Both the position numbers and the translations under genes were made by a program. Of a stretch of DNA of 64,000 bases, positions 19,367-29,467 are shown piece by piece (position 1 is the stretch's first letter; every line of letters begins with the position of its first letter). The stretch comes from Patescibacteria group bacterium (GTDB lineage: Bacteria > Patescibacteriota > Microgenomatia > Levybacterales > UBA12049), in NCBI GenBank assembly GCA_038064195.1, contig JBBTTO010000003.1, forward strand, positions 178,428 to 242,427. The letters run 5' to 3'. The notes beneath the pieces are model-generated. The model did no database searches and was not told where the DNA came from. It was given only the letters and a program-made list of their open reading frames with translations.

Positions 19367-19939
19367 ATGGTAAGCAAGAGTCCTGAAGGTGATCTTCTTC
19401 CTCATCATGGAGCCTCTAAAGTTGACCTCTCCCAGTTTCGTAGGCTTGATGTGCAACGTATAGGACCGGGTGAAGCATTGCTTCTTTATAATTCCGATGT
19501 GCCTGAAGCCGAGGAGGCTGTTATGGATGTGGGCGCAGATGAGAGGCCCGTAATAGGAGAAATCTCCCCCCAGACAAGACAGATAGTAAAAGATTTGATA
19601 ACCGGGCACGGGGAAGCGATACGGCATGCGACCTCAGGCGAAGGACCGGATGATTTTGGTACTGAGAGAAGTGGGCGGGAAGCCCTTCATGCGGCTATAA
19701 CTGGGTTGAGAGGAGATCGTGCGGGTAGAGGTGCATTCGGGAATATGGTAAAAGAGATCGTTGCAAGTAATGCCACTAAGGGTGTGTACGACCCTCCGGA
19801 CGACTCACTCGCATTTGCAAATGCCATACAAAGGTATGTCCAAGATCAAGCGGATAGGTTTTATGATGAATACGGAGTGCGTTATGATACTAAGCCGATA
19901 CCAATTCGCGGCCAAAATAGAGTTTCTGATGTAGCCTAA
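19367..19939 (+). CDS. Hypothetical protein
   Basis: 190-aa ORF after TATAAT. Confidence 0.65.
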   Translation: MVSKSPEGDLLPHHGASKVDLSQFRRLDVQRIGPGEALLLYNSDVPEAEEAVMDVGADERPVIGEISPQTRQIVKDLITGHGEAIRHATSGEGPDDFGTERSGREALHAAITGLRGDRAGRGAFGNMVKEIVASNATKGVYDPPDDSLAFANAIQRYVQDQADRFYDEYGVRYDTKPIPIRGQNRVSDVA

Positions 19940-19949
19940 AAATGAAAAC

Positions 19950-19986
19950 GGGTTTGGCGGACAGGAATACCCGCCGCCAAACCCGG
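19950..19986. terminator. Hairpin between convergent genes
   Basis: cgggtttggcgg...ccgccaaacccg. Confidence 0.65.
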
Positions 19987-20004
19987 ATACTTTCTCTCCA
20001 ACGT

Positions 20005-20385
20005 TCAGTCGGTGGTCGTCGCCTGGATAATGCCGGGCAGTCTCGCCAGATCCAGGTTTTGTCCCACCGGGTAGATTACGGCTACGCCAATGTAAGGGAG
20101 AGCAAATTCGATCGTCCCGTCGTATTTGACGGAGTAGGGCTGCGTTCCCTGCACGCTACATGACTTATTGTCGGTCTGTGGCGCTCGCCAGTTGGCTTCG
20201 GCGACCTCATCCCGGACAGCGATCTTATGACAAGTGAACTTGACCAGGTGACGATCAAGCGTGATTTGCTTGAGCGGCCCTCGGAAGCACTCGCCACCTT
20301 CAAAGACAGCGATATCTCGCCCGATGAGATCCCTTCTCGTAGCGAGAGCGGAGCAATAGCCTCTGCTGGAACTGCTCATACCCAC
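20005..20385 (-). CDS. Hypothetical protein (GC-rich ORFan)
   Basis: AGGAGG SD; start may be the ATG near 20379. Confidence 0.55.
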   Translation of the reverse strand: MGMSSSSRGYCSALATRRDLIGRDIAVFEGGECFRGPLKQITLDRHLVKFTCHKIAVRDEVAEANWRAPQTDNKSCSVQGTQPYSVKYDGTIEFALPYIGVAVIYPVGQNLDLARLPGIIQATTTD

Positions 20386-20554
20386 CTCCTGTTAGTTAGA
20401 AACAAAAAGTTGAATGCTTTGTAAGTTGCATCCGACAACGTGTGCCGGGGCACCTTTTTCAGCACGCGCAGTATAGCAGAGTAAAGCTTTAGCTAGCAAA
20501 TATGGTCAACATCTTTTACACCGGTTTTGTTAACGCGCGTGGTAGAATACAGTA

Positions 20555-22240
20555 GTGAATAGGTTTTTGACATTTTTTATTTTTAGTTTTGTCACTTTTC
20601 TCCTCTTTCTCCCCGTGAAAGTCTCTGCACAGGAAGCTATTAATTCCTTTGATGTCTCCATGACTGCAGAGAAAAACGGAGATCTTAAGGTATCGGAAAA
20701 GATCGCATATAGCTTTGGTAGTTCGTACAGGCACGGCATTTATCGCTATATTCCACTCGTTTCACGAGTAGGTGATCTATATCGAGTAATCGACATCAAA
20801 TTTACCGGAATTCTCCGCGACGGGAAGAAAGAACAGTATTCCATAAATAGCAGTGGGGAGGAGATAAAAGTAAAGATAGGGGATGCCGACAAGACCATAT
20901 CCGGTCCGCATCTCTATGAGATCGATTACATCGTGCGAAATGGTATCGGGAGTAACTACGCGGATCATGACGAGATCTACTGGAACGTGACAGGGAATGA
21001 GTGGGGAGCACCTATCGAGGCTGCTTCGCTTTCTCTTGCCACAGATTTTGGTGTACCGGTTGGACGGACCATTTGTTTTACGGGACTGATAGGCTCAAAA
21101 GAAAGTAATTGTGAAGTGACCAATACGAATGGATCAGTAAAAGTCGCAACAGCTATCTCTCTTCCTCAGTCGCAAGGATTGACCTTTGTCTCGAAATTTC
21201 CGGTCGGGACTTTCCCTAAAAGTACCCTGCAAAAATCCATGCCTACCGACCCGGATGTCAAAGTATTTTTGATTATTGTAGGCATAGCATTTGTACTCCT
21301 CAATTTTATCCTCGCGCCATTCCTGCTCTCCTGGTATCTAAAAAAGCGCAATAAAACCAGATTTGGTCCGCCTACGGTGAATTTTGATCTGCCGGAGTCT
21401 TTTAATGGGGAGCGTATCAGTCCCTCAGAAGCGGGGACGATCGATAACACTAAGCTTGAGAAAGAAGATGTCGTGGCGACTATTTTTGATCTGGCGATCA
21501 GAAAATATCTCAAGATCGAAGGCACAATCAAAAAGACCAAATTTGGTTTGGGTGAGAGCCAAGACTTTACCCTCACCCGACTTGAGCCCCTCCAAAGGCG
21601 GGCAGGCCACTCATATGCCGAGCCACTCAATCAGTTTGAGAGTTATCTTATGGACAAGCTGTTTAAAGGTGAGAAGACCGCGACGTTAAAAACGGCCAAG
21701 CTGACCTATACGACTTTTTCAGATCTTGAGACCAAGAACTTCGCGTCATTGATCGGCCGCAATTTTTATAGCAAAAATCCCAAAACACAAAAATCATTCA
21801 GTCTGGTTTTTGGCCTCATGGCACTTTTTTCAGGATCGATCATCCTTGGCCCGGTGCTGTTGTATTTATCACGCAAATTAAATGGACGGACGACTCAAGG
21901 GGATGAGATGGATTGGAAGTTAGACGGGCTAAAGATTTTTCTCAAAGCGACCAAGAGATACGATGTCTGGCAGACCAAGAACTTTGTTTTCCTCGAGTCT
22001 ATGATCCCGTACGCGATGGCACTTGGGGTGATTGAGGATTACATGAAAGAGTTGAAGTTACTTAAGCCCAATTATAGTCCGAGTTGGTACAGCGGGCGGG
22101 GGAATTTCTATATGATGTATCCGCTTTTCAACTCAACAGCAAGCAGTAACGTCACGACCAGTGCCCCATCTTCCTCCAGTGGGTTCTCCGGTGGCTCCTC
22201 AGGTGGAGGAGGGGGAGGTGGCGGCGGCGGGTCTTGGTAG
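20555..22240 (+). CDS. DUF2207 family membrane protein
   Basis: HGIYRYIP, EIYWNVTGNEW, PYAMALG, C-terminal GGGGGGGSW. Confidence 0.9.
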   Translation: MNRFLTFFIFSFVTFLLFLPVKVSAQEAINSFDVSMTAEKNGDLKVSEKIAYSFGSSYRHGIYRYIPLVSRVGDLYRVIDIKFTGILRDGKKEQYSINSSGEEIKVKIGDADKTISGPHLYEIDYIVRNGIGSNYADHDEIYWNVTGNEWGAPIEAASLSLATDFGVPVGRTICFTGLIGSKESNCEVTNTNGSVKVATAISLPQSQGLTFVSKFPVGTFPKSTLQKSMPTDPDVKVFLIIVGIAFVLLNFILAPFLLSWYLKKRNKTRFGPPTVNFDLPESFNGERISPSEAGTIDNTKLEKEDVVATIFDLAIRKYLKIEGTIKKTKFGLGESQDFTLTRLEPLQRRAGHSYAEPLNQFESYLMDKLFKGEKTATLKTAKLTYTTFSDLETKNFASLIGRNFYSKNPKTQKSFSLVFGLMALFSGSIILGPVLLYLSRKLNGRTTQGDEMDWKLDGLKIFLKATKRYDVWQTKNFVFLESMIPYAMALGVIEDYMKELKLLKPNYSPSWYSGRGNFYMMYPLFNSTASSNVTTSAPSSSSGFSGGSSGGGGGGGGGGSW

Positions 22241-22444
22241 TTTTTTTCTTTTATTTTTCTTGGGGGTCGGTAGTAACTTTGAATCTTTTATCTTCGAACC
22301 TTTTATTTTTTTAGATCGATCTTGAATAAAGGTTACAGGACCATAAAAATTATTTTCAACTTTTTGTGAGTTGTGGGGTTCAAAATGAAGAAAATTTGAG
22401 AAATCTGCCCCTATTTTAAAAAGACTTTCAACGAGCTGGTTCAT
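22199..22444 (-). CDS. Small hypothetical protein
   Basis: ATGA-coupled to the upstream gene; 3' end overlaps the DUF2207 end. Confidence 0.4.
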   Translation of the reverse strand: MNQLVESLFKIGADFSNFLHFEPHNSQKVENNFYGPVTFIQDRSKKIKGSKIKDSKLLPTPKKNKRKKLPRPAAATSPSST

Positions 22445-22812
22445 ATTTTAAGTTCAATAATATAGAGTCTTCCTACTCCTGGAACGTTTTCCTGAGTCCA
22501 TTCGTATCTTCCATTGTGTTTTTTAGGATCGATATCATGTGCCTTTAAAAAACTGGTAGCTGAGACCGTTGCGTTGAACTTTTCTTTGGTAATTTTAAAG
22601 GTTGCTTTATCTTTATTATTAGTAGGCAAAATTCCTATTGCTCGTTTAGCTTTATCAAAAAATAAAATCACATAGTCATATTTTAAGATATCAGTAATTT
22701 TGCAAAATTTGGCTGAAAAGGCTATTGCGTAGTGCTGAGTAATAGAGATTTCTGCAGCTCCCGGAGTAAAGTCTTTCTCAAACTTAGTAAAGTTATAACT
22801 CATACTTCCCAT
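22441..22812 (-). CDS. Hypothetical protein (AT-rich)
   Basis: TATAAT+6 nt+ATG; YVILFFDKAKRAIGI. Confidence 0.7.
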   Translation of the reverse strand: MGSMSYNFTKFEKDFTPGAAEISITQHYAIAFSAKFCKITDILKYDYVILFFDKAKRAIGILPTNNKDKATFKITKEKFNATVSATSFLKAHDIDPKKHNGRYEWTQENVPGVGRLYIIELKI

Positions 22813-22874
22813 AGTACCATTATATTTTCCCGTTGTCAATCTCCGTGTTTACCATTATCTCCATCAGTCTTTGC

Positions 22875-22922
22875 GGTAGTTCCTCAGGTGGAGGAGGCGG
22901 AGGTGGCGGAGGGTCTTGGTAA
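22875..22922 (+). repeat. Duplicate of the DUF2207 3' end
   Basis: Encodes GSSSGGGGGGGGGSW*; near-identical to 22190-22240. Confidence 0.8.
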
Positions 22923-23002
22923 CCCCAGCTTCCCAATTCCTTCTCTCCAAGTAAAAAGAGAGTCGCGTTCTCTAGGTAATGGAATAGTGGTATAATGACC
23001 TC

Positions 23003-23236
23003 ATGCTAGAGAAAGAATATAAATATTATAAAGACAATCAAAAGGATTTCCTGAGTAAGTATAAAGGGAAAGTTTTAGTCATAAAAGAAGAAAAGCTTAT
23101 TGGTGTCTATGACGATGAAGCAGTTGCATATGATGCAACGGTATCTGTTCATCCACTGGGAACGTTTCTTATTCAAAGATGTGTGCCTGATAATGAAACT
23201 GTGCAATCATTCCACTCAAGAGTGATCTTTTCATGA
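23003..23236 (+). CDS. DUF5678-like small protein
   Basis: YKGKVLVIKEEKLIGVYDD; paired with an aspartyl protease. Confidence 0.7.
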   Translation: MLEKEYKYYKDNQKDFLSKYKGKVLVIKEEKLIGVYDDEAVAYDATVSVHPLGTFLIQRCVPDNETVQSFHSRVIFS

Positions 23237-23242
23237 AAAATA

Positions 23243-23827
23243 ATGCAAGACTTTCAAGCTTTTACTGTAAAGTATTCTGGTAGAACTAATGTACTTCAAA
23301 GCGAGGTAGCTATTTCAGCCGCGTTTGATCCCACTATAGTAGTCAAAGTGAATAGACCTCAATCCGTTAAAGCAATGGCGATTTGGGATACCGGTGCTAG
23401 CTGTAGTGTGATCTCAAAAAACTTAGCACAGAAAATTGGCCTTGTTCCTTCGGGGAAAACTACAATTACTGGAGTGAATCATACTACTTTGGAGAATACA
23501 TATCTCGTTAATGTATACCTACCAAACAATGTTTGTGCAGGATATATAAGAATCGCAGAAGTCCCTGCGTTATCAGGTGGTGCTGACGTCTTAATTGGAA
23601 TGGATATTATTGGTGAGGGAGACTTTTCGCTGTACTTAGAAAATGGGTGTAGCGTTATGAGTTATAGATTACCGAGTATTGGAGGAACGGATTATGTGGT
23701 TTTAGCAGGGAACATCAATAACCAGCAAGCTTTGCGTCAAAAAATTATGAACGAAAAATCAAATCTTTCTCGAATGAATAGGGCAAAGGCTATGCACAAA
23801 AGAAGGTCAAAGAAAAAGAAGAATTAA
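23243..23827 (+). CDS. Retropepsin-like (clan AA) aspartyl protease
   Basis: AIWDTGAS and VLIGMDII motifs. Confidence 0.85.
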   Translation: MQDFQAFTVKYSGRTNVLQSEVAISAAFDPTIVVKVNRPQSVKAMAIWDTGASCSVISKNLAQKIGLVPSGKTTITGVNHTTLENTYLVNVYLPNNVCAGYIRIAEVPALSGGADVLIGMDIIGEGDFSLYLENGCSVMSYRLPSIGGTDYVVLAGNINNQQALRQKIMNEKSNLSRMNRAKAMHKRRSKKKKN

Positions 23828-23882
23828 TTAAACCTTTGATCAGTGGGCTCGTTATTCTAATCATAATCTTCGGATAAGGAAA

Positions 23883-24662
23883 CTATTTTAACAATGAAGC
23901 TTCTTCGTAGGTGTTAGGGATAATATTTTTCTCTATTGAATATACCGCAACTAATATTGAGTCATAAGTCTGAGTACTTTCATCATACCCTTGAGGATAT
24001 TGTTCTAATTGCTCTCCAAATAAATTATTAATTTCGTTAATTATAGTTGCTCTTTCTTTTTTTGAAAGAAGATAAGGAATTTCTCCAGTAGGGTTATCAG
24101 ATTTTGGATAATCATAATAGAGAGAGGCAATTTGGGGTGCCGATATAAAAATTGTTTTGAACCCACTATCTCTATCAGTGTTGTGCTTAGCAACCGCATA
24201 ACTTAAATTTTCTTCATAATTCGGGTCGTTATAGTCAATCTTTCGCAAATAGGCAATAAAATCATTATTTGCTTTTATGACCTTATTTGCTCCTAGAGTC
24301 ATACCTTCAGCACTGAGAGAAATTACTTGATTGGGGTCGTTAACATACTTCTGAACAGAAGAATTTCCATCTTTCATATAATCATTCTGTTTTAATAGAG
24401 TCGTAATTGCTTGAGTAAGAACGTCTTGGTCTTGGTGCGTATTTGTATTTTGACCAGCTAATTCATAGTAAGATAAGGCATTTAGTATATCCAACGAGGC
24501 CTCAACCTTATTTTGGGCAGACTTTACAATTCCGATTGTTGGAGTCATGACTTGAGATCCTTCATAAACTGTCTTAGTAGAATTATTTTGATTAAAATAA
24601 TATAACCCTCCAAGAACTAAAAGGATAATAATAAGCCAAGATTTATTAGTATTGTTTTTCAT
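23883..24662 (-). CDS. Exported hypothetical protein (AT-rich)
   Basis: 259-aa ORF with N-terminal TM. Confidence 0.7.
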   Translation of the reverse strand: MKNNTNKSWLIIILLVLGGLYYFNQNNSTKTVYEGSQVMTPTIGIVKSAQNKVEASLDILNALSYYELAGQNTNTHQDQDVLTQAITTLLKQNDYMKDGNSSVQKYVNDPNQVISLSAEGMTLGANKVIKANNDFIAYLRKIDYNDPNYEENLSYAVAKHNTDRDSGFKTIFISAPQIASLYYDYPKSDNPTGEIPYLLSKKERATIINEINNLFGEQLEQYPQGYDESTQTYDSILVAVYSIEKNIIPNTYEEASLLK

Positions 24663-24683
24663 TTGTTATAGTTTACTTCAAGT

Positions 24684-25130
24684 TTATAACCACTGGCTGA
24701 CACCGCCATGATGAGAGCATGTTCCACGCCTACTCTGACTAAAACTATATGTCCCGTCTCCACAGATAGCTGTTGCTCCTGCAGGTACAGAATTTGAGTA
24801 GGCAGGTGAGTGGACTTCATTTCCAGCACTATTTGTATAGTAATTATCATTACTTAGCCCTGATTGTGTTGTAGCTGCTGGGATTGGCGTAGGTGTACTA
24901 GTTGGAGCGACATAGATTTTTTTAGGTGTCGGTGTTGCGGTTGGAAAAGGAGTTGGAGTGTTGGTAGGAAGTGGGGTAGGAGTAACGATTTCTTGGACGG
25001 CTGTAGGTACAGAGGTAACGACAGTATTTAAGCCTTTTACTTCGCTTTGAGAAGGTTGACCATATGAAGATAAACCTCCAATGACGAGAATCCCTACCAC
25101 AGCCGCAATAGTAATTCCTTTAGTACTCAT
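24684..25130 (-). CDS. DUF3761 domain protein
   Basis: GATAICGDGTYSFSQSRRGTCSHHGGV; PT-rich stalk. Confidence 0.88.
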   Translation of the reverse strand: MSTKGITIAAVVGILVIGGLSSYGQPSQSEVKGLNTVVTSVPTAVQEIVTPTPLPTNTPTPFPTATPTPKKIYVAPTSTPTPIPAATTQSGLSNDNYYTNSAGNEVHSPAYSNSVPAGATAICGDGTYSFSQSRRGTCSHHGGVSQWL

Positions 25131-25212
25131 TTATAGCCGGGCAGTTATCAGACTATACTCCTATAGTATTAAATTGTCAAGAAACTATAAGGTAGTGGTA
25201 TAATTGCGACGA

Positions 25213-25908
25213 ATGAAAATACAAGACGATATTATTTCTTACAGAGAGATGTGTGATATCGAAAATGTTCAAACCCTTCAAAGAGGTATGAATTATCGAT
25301 TAAACAGAGATTATTCAGTGATTCTCCTCTCTCAAAGAACTAATGCTCCATATCAAGACAAGATTCATGAAGACGGCATCTCTATTGAATATGAGGGTCA
25401 TGATATATCGAGAAAAGGCTATGATCATAATCCTAAAGCGTATGATCAGGAGTCAAGACTCCCATCTGGAAGATTAACTCAAAATGGGTTATTTCTTCAA
25501 GCGGCTGAAGAATATAAGCGTGGTCAACGAAAGCCAGAGTTAATAAAAGCCTATGAAAAAATTATGGATGGGGTTTGGTCATTAAAAGGCTTTTTTGAGT
25601 TAGTGGATTATAAAATAGAACATGATGGGGCTAGAAATACTTTTCATTTTATTTTAAGACTGACAAATGACCAGTCAGTGAGAAATATTGAAAAAATTGA
25701 TGTGGCTCACACTCGACTTATTCCGTCGCAGGTTAAAAAAGAAGTCTGGAAAAGAGATGGGGGTAAGTGTGTGATTTGTGAAAGTCGTAATAATTTACAT
25801 TTTGACCATGAACTCCCGTTTTCAAAAGGTGGGACAAGTCTAACCTCAAAAAATGTTCAACTTCTTTGTATGAAACATAATCTAGAAAAGTCTGCGAAGA
25901 TAGAGTGA
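25213..25908 (+). CDS. HNH endonuclease with N-terminal SRA/PUA-like domain (candidate modification-dependent restriction enzyme)
   Basis: VWKRDGGKCVIC...HFDHELPFSKGG...NVQLLCMKHN; N-term LQRGMN, PYQD, YEGHD. Confidence 0.75.
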   Translation: MKIQDDIISYREMCDIENVQTLQRGMNYRLNRDYSVILLSQRTNAPYQDKIHEDGISIEYEGHDISRKGYDHNPKAYDQESRLPSGRLTQNGLFLQAAEEYKRGQRKPELIKAYEKIMDGVWSLKGFFELVDYKIEHDGARNTFHFILRLTNDQSVRNIEKIDVAHTRLIPSQVKKEVWKRDGGKCVICESRNNLHFDHELPFSKGGTSLTSKNVQLLCMKHNLEKSAKIE

Positions 25909-26007
25909 TTTTTGTACCTACCGCGAAGCAGTTAAAAAAGTGGAGCTCTAAATACCCAACTCTTCCATATTGCTTTTTGATTTTTGGGGATTTATACTAA
26001 TTCTTAG

Positions 26008-26433
26008 ATGAACTATCAGGTAAATTTACTCGCTGTTGTGATCGCCACTGTCCTGCAGTTTGCGGTCGGTGCAGTCTGGTACACTTTTATCTTCGGCAAA
26101 TTGTGGGGCGATATTCACGGCTTTCACAAACTGCCTAAAGAGACTCAGGACAAAATGAAGAAAGACATCACGCCGTATTACGCCCTCCAGTTATTCGTCA
26201 CCATCCTGGCCACTATTGTCCTTTCGATCCTGATCACCAATCTTCCTCAGTCCAACCCCTATGTCGTAGCCTTCCTCGTCTGGCTCGGCTTTACCGTCCC
26301 GGCACAGGCAAGCGCCATCATCTTCGGCAATGATGACAAAAAATGGCTGGTCAAAAAACTCTCAGTCCAGGCCGGTGCGGCACTCGCGTGCCTGGAAGTC
26401 GCAGCCCTCGTCCTCTCCATGTTCTCCCGCTAA
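26008..26433 (+). CDS. DUF1761 membrane protein
   Basis: VNLLAVVIA...GAVWY..IFGKLW; WLGFTVP. Confidence 0.85.
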   Translation: MNYQVNLLAVVIATVLQFAVGAVWYTFIFGKLWGDIHGFHKLPKETQDKMKKDITPYYALQLFVTILATIVLSILITNLPQSNPYVVAFLVWLGFTVPAQASAIIFGNDDKKWLVKKLSVQAGAALACLEVAALVLSMFSR

Positions 26434-26598
26434 ATTAACTGTCTCATAGTATATATTTATTGGTCAAAATATGCTACAATATAGTTTCTGTGAATGCAGG
26501 GGAGGGAGGAATTCTTCCTTGCGCGTTTTCAGAAATCGCCGGGGGGCGATACGGATCTTTAACTTTCGAACGGATTTACCAAAAAGGAGTACAACGTC

Positions 26599-27147
26599 AT
26601 GCGCCGGATTTTCGCAATCTTCGCGTTGACACTCGGGCTCACGCTCGGGTTCGCCTACAGCGGCCCGGTTTCGGCCGCAAGTAGCTCAGTCTGCAAGATC
26701 CCCAACGGGGGTGATGCAGACAACAACGGCATCGGTGACGCCGGCGTCCGGGTCGTCTGCAACTACACCTCGGTGTACGCTTACGACAGCAGCGACGCCT
26801 ACTACTGGGACCTCGGCGACGGACGAATTTACACGTCTGCCGGGATCACCACGATCGACGACCTCGACCAGGACACGCTTTCGGTGTGTGACTACCAAGT
26901 CCACACCAAAGGCTCCTTCAATAACGACCCGTACCAGGACACCGGCGTGATCAGCAACATGATCAGGTGCTCTGGCTTTGGCGGCAACGCGACCTTCAAC
27001 TACCAAATCGTCCATTCGGATGATCCCCGTTACACGGGCAATCCCGACTGGGCGATCTGGGGCGACTGGGAGTACCACGTCCTGACCGAGTCAGGAAGTG
27101 GGAACGTCGTCCAGACGATCGTCGCGCATCTCAATCGCCCTGTCTAG
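26599..27147 (+). CDS. Secreted Cys-containing hypothetical protein (GC-rich)
   Basis: AAGGAG SD, signal peptide, 3' hairpin tgcccgccccga..tcggggcgggca. Confidence 0.75.
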   Translation: MRRIFAIFALTLGLTLGFAYSGPVSAASSSVCKIPNGGDADNNGIGDAGVRVVCNYTSVYAYDSSDAYYWDLGDGRIYTSAGITTIDDLDQDTLSVCDYQVHTKGSFNNDPYQDTGVISNMIRCSGFGGNATFNYQIVHSDDPRYTGNPDWAIWGDWEYHVLTESGSGNVVQTIVAHLNRPV

Positions 27148-27270
27148 CTCGAACAAATCCGTTCCGCCCCCCAACCAATGCCCGCCCCGAGTCATTCGGG
27201 GCGGGCAACCGTACACTTGATTCGTCTCCAGTTGAATTATAGGCTCCACTAGGTATATAATCCTCTCACT

Positions 27271-27609
27271 ATGGTTGAATATCACGGTCCGAGTACAGAG
27301 CACGATAGGTATCAATCCAAATTTGTAAGAGTCGGTACGAGGCTCTACGTGACTGAACCCGGTGACACAAAGACACAACATTCAGAGTTGGCGGAGCAGG
27401 ACGGGTTCGTTGAGGAGTTGATCTCTTTGCGGGAGAACGACCCTTCGGCTGTCGACGCGGGTCAGATCGGGGTATCAAAGGACCCCGAGCAAATTTTGGT
27501 TATGGGTTTTTCCGGTACCCTGGATTTACCCCAAGGCGATGAAGCAAGACCCAGGACTATTGAGACTTTTCAGGAACAGACTCCGACTCACTCGGTCTCC
27601 GGCTTCTAA
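27271..27609 (+). CDS. Hypothetical protein
   Basis: TATAAT then ATG; 112 aa. Confidence 0.65.
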   Translation: MVEYHGPSTEHDRYQSKFVRVGTRLYVTEPGDTKTQHSELAEQDGFVEELISLRENDPSAVDAGQIGVSKDPEQILVMGFSGTLDLPQGDEARPRTIETFQEQTPTHSVSGF

Positions 27610-27695
27610 AGTATTTTCCTCCTTATTTTTAGTCTTTTGAGATATATAATCCGCCTTTGTACTTGCTGCTTCTTGTTTCCTGCTATACTCATAGA

Positions 27696-28076
27696 GTGAA
27701 AGATCTCCATCAGACCTACCACATCAAAGCGCCAGTCGCGAAAGTCTGGGACGCGCTCGTCAATCCCAAAGTCATTGAGAAATGGAGCGGGAGCAGGGCT
27801 GTCATGGATGCCAATGTCGGCAGCAAATTCAGTCTCTGGGATGGGGATATCAAGGGTACCAATATCAAAGTTGTGGCTGAACGCGAACTCGCTCAGGACT
27901 GGTTTGGCGGTAAGTGGGACGAGTCATCTCAGGTTGTTTTCCTCTTGTCAGAAAAAGATGGGGTGACGACTGTAGAACTCAAGCAAGAAAATATCCCGGA
28001 TAGCGAAGCAGCCGATATCGCGGATGGCTGGAAATCCTACTACATAGGTCCTCTGACTGATCTCCTCGAAGAATAA
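27696..28076 (+). CDS. SRPBCC/AHSA1 domain protein
   Basis: VWDALVNP...FSLWDGDIKG...GWKSYYIGPL; GTG 6 nt after TATACT. Confidence 0.85.
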   Translation: MKDLHQTYHIKAPVAKVWDALVNPKVIEKWSGSRAVMDANVGSKFSLWDGDIKGTNIKVVAERELAQDWFGGKWDESSQVVFLLSEKDGVTTVELKQENIPDSEAADIADGWKSYYIGPLTDLLEE

Positions 28077-28419
28077 ATGCGTAACTCGTACTGATTTAAC
28101 CATCTTTTGACTGACAAAACAGCCTATTTGTTAGCTCTTTGTCAGGTATTTTGTTCGTCAATGTTTTATCCTACATATGGAGTTACCCTATTATCTGAAT
28201 ATTATCCTATAATATGGTATAATTCCTGATATTACAGGAACGGCGTGACAGTTTTTTGCAGTTATGTTCGTGCCTGTTTTATTTTTTCCTGCCTGTCGGC
28301 AGGCAAGTCGTACATTGATATCGAACTAGAATACGCACAGGCTCGCCGTGTTTACTACACGTAAGCAGGGCGAGCCTGTGCAATCGTGCCTGAGCTCGAG
28401 TAAAATCAGGGGGAGATCC

Positions 28420-28737
28420 GTGGCCAGTTTTAATCAAGTTCGCAAAGTCGTATCTCTTCAGTCGCTTAGGGCAGGGCCCGTCTCTACGCCGAAGCCGGTT
28501 TCACACCCGTGCGGTGTTATGGAGGATCTTCCTCAGGACTTCAAATATCTTTTGATCTGGGTCGTTTCTGGGCCGATTGGGTGCCCTGACAGGTTTAGGG
28601 TCTACGCCAATCACGGCGACGATGACTTCCTGTTGCTCGGTCAGCTAAACGCTACAAAATGCTCGGAAATTCATGCCGAGCTCGTTACTCATTTCGGCCA
28701 AAAGCTGGCTGATGAGACCAGCATTCCGGCATTCTAG
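28420..28737 (+). CDS. Hypothetical protein (GC-rich ORFan)
   Basis: GGGGAG SD before GTG; long 5' hairpin 28336-28381; terminator downstream. Confidence 0.5.
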   Translation: MASFNQVRKVVSLQSLRAGPVSTPKPVSHPCGVMEDLPQDFKYLLIWVVSGPIGCPDRFRVYANHGDDDFLLLGQLNATKCSEIHAELVTHFGQKLADETSIPAF

Positions 28738-28758
28738 TTCACGATTCACGTGTGATTG

Positions 28759-28790
28759 AGGCGGCCCGAAGTACATCGGGCCGCCTTTTT
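28759..28790 (+). terminator. Intrinsic terminator
   Basis: aggcggcccga-agtaca-tcgggccgcct followed by a T-run. Confidence 0.75.
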
Positions 28791-28834
28791 CGTATCCGCT
28801 TGACAGCCAAGCGGGATTGTTGCTTAATAATGAT

Positions 28835-29371
28835 ATGCCAAAAGCAGGTGTTCGAAAAATTAAAAGGACTCCGACACTTTTCATGGTCATCATCGTCGGG
28901 CTGATCCTGCTCATCCTTGCAGTGTCTGCTAAGTATCTCACTGCCAAAAAAATCATGCTCTCATATAACAACCTTGCGACCCGTCAGGCTGCCCAATCTA
29001 CCGCCGAGCAGGCCAAAATCATCGCCACGACTATTACCACTCAGCCATCTATCACATCACCTCTTTATTTAGCTCCTGCGCAGCTAGAAGCGCATATCAT
29101 CCTGCTCAGTAAGCAGCTGGAGCGCGACATCGTTATCATAGATACAGAGCGTACCATCCTGGCAGATACTGTCCCTGCCAATGTCGGGAGTAAGTACACG
29201 GAGGATGACAACAAAGCTATCGATCAGACCCTACAGCAGGGGAGATTCGGAACTTTTGTTGAGAACAGCCGCGACTATCCAAAAGGTCTGGCAGAAGTCG
29301 TCATTCCGCTTCTCGATACTAAAAATCAGACCGTCGGAGCAGTTATCCTCTCCCTCAACCACACCCAATAA
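28835..29371 (+). CDS. Membrane-anchored protein with a Cache-like extracytoplasmic domain
   Basis: TM helix, then RDIVIIDTERTILAD...VVIPL...VGAVILS. Confidence 0.65.
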   Translation: MPKAGVRKIKRTPTLFMVIIVGLILLILAVSAKYLTAKKIMLSYNNLATRQAAQSTAEQAKIIATTITTQPSITSPLYLAPAQLEAHIILLSKQLERDIVIIDTERTILADTVPANVGSKYTEDDNKAIDQTLQQGRFGTFVENSRDYPKGLAEVVIPLLDTKNQTVGAVILSLNHTQ

Positions 29372-29467
29372 CTCAGCCATAAACCTATAGTTTGCTATAG
29401 TATCAGTTTTTCGCTATAATTGATCCTAATCTACCGATTCGTTCGTTCTTCGTAGAAGGAAATTTCC

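Noticed and set aside
21584-21628. Possible in-frame repeat insertion in DUF2207 (EPLQRRAGHSYAEPL)
   Set aside because: Only the ggcgggcagg tail and an EPL repeat match; too weak without a homolog alignment
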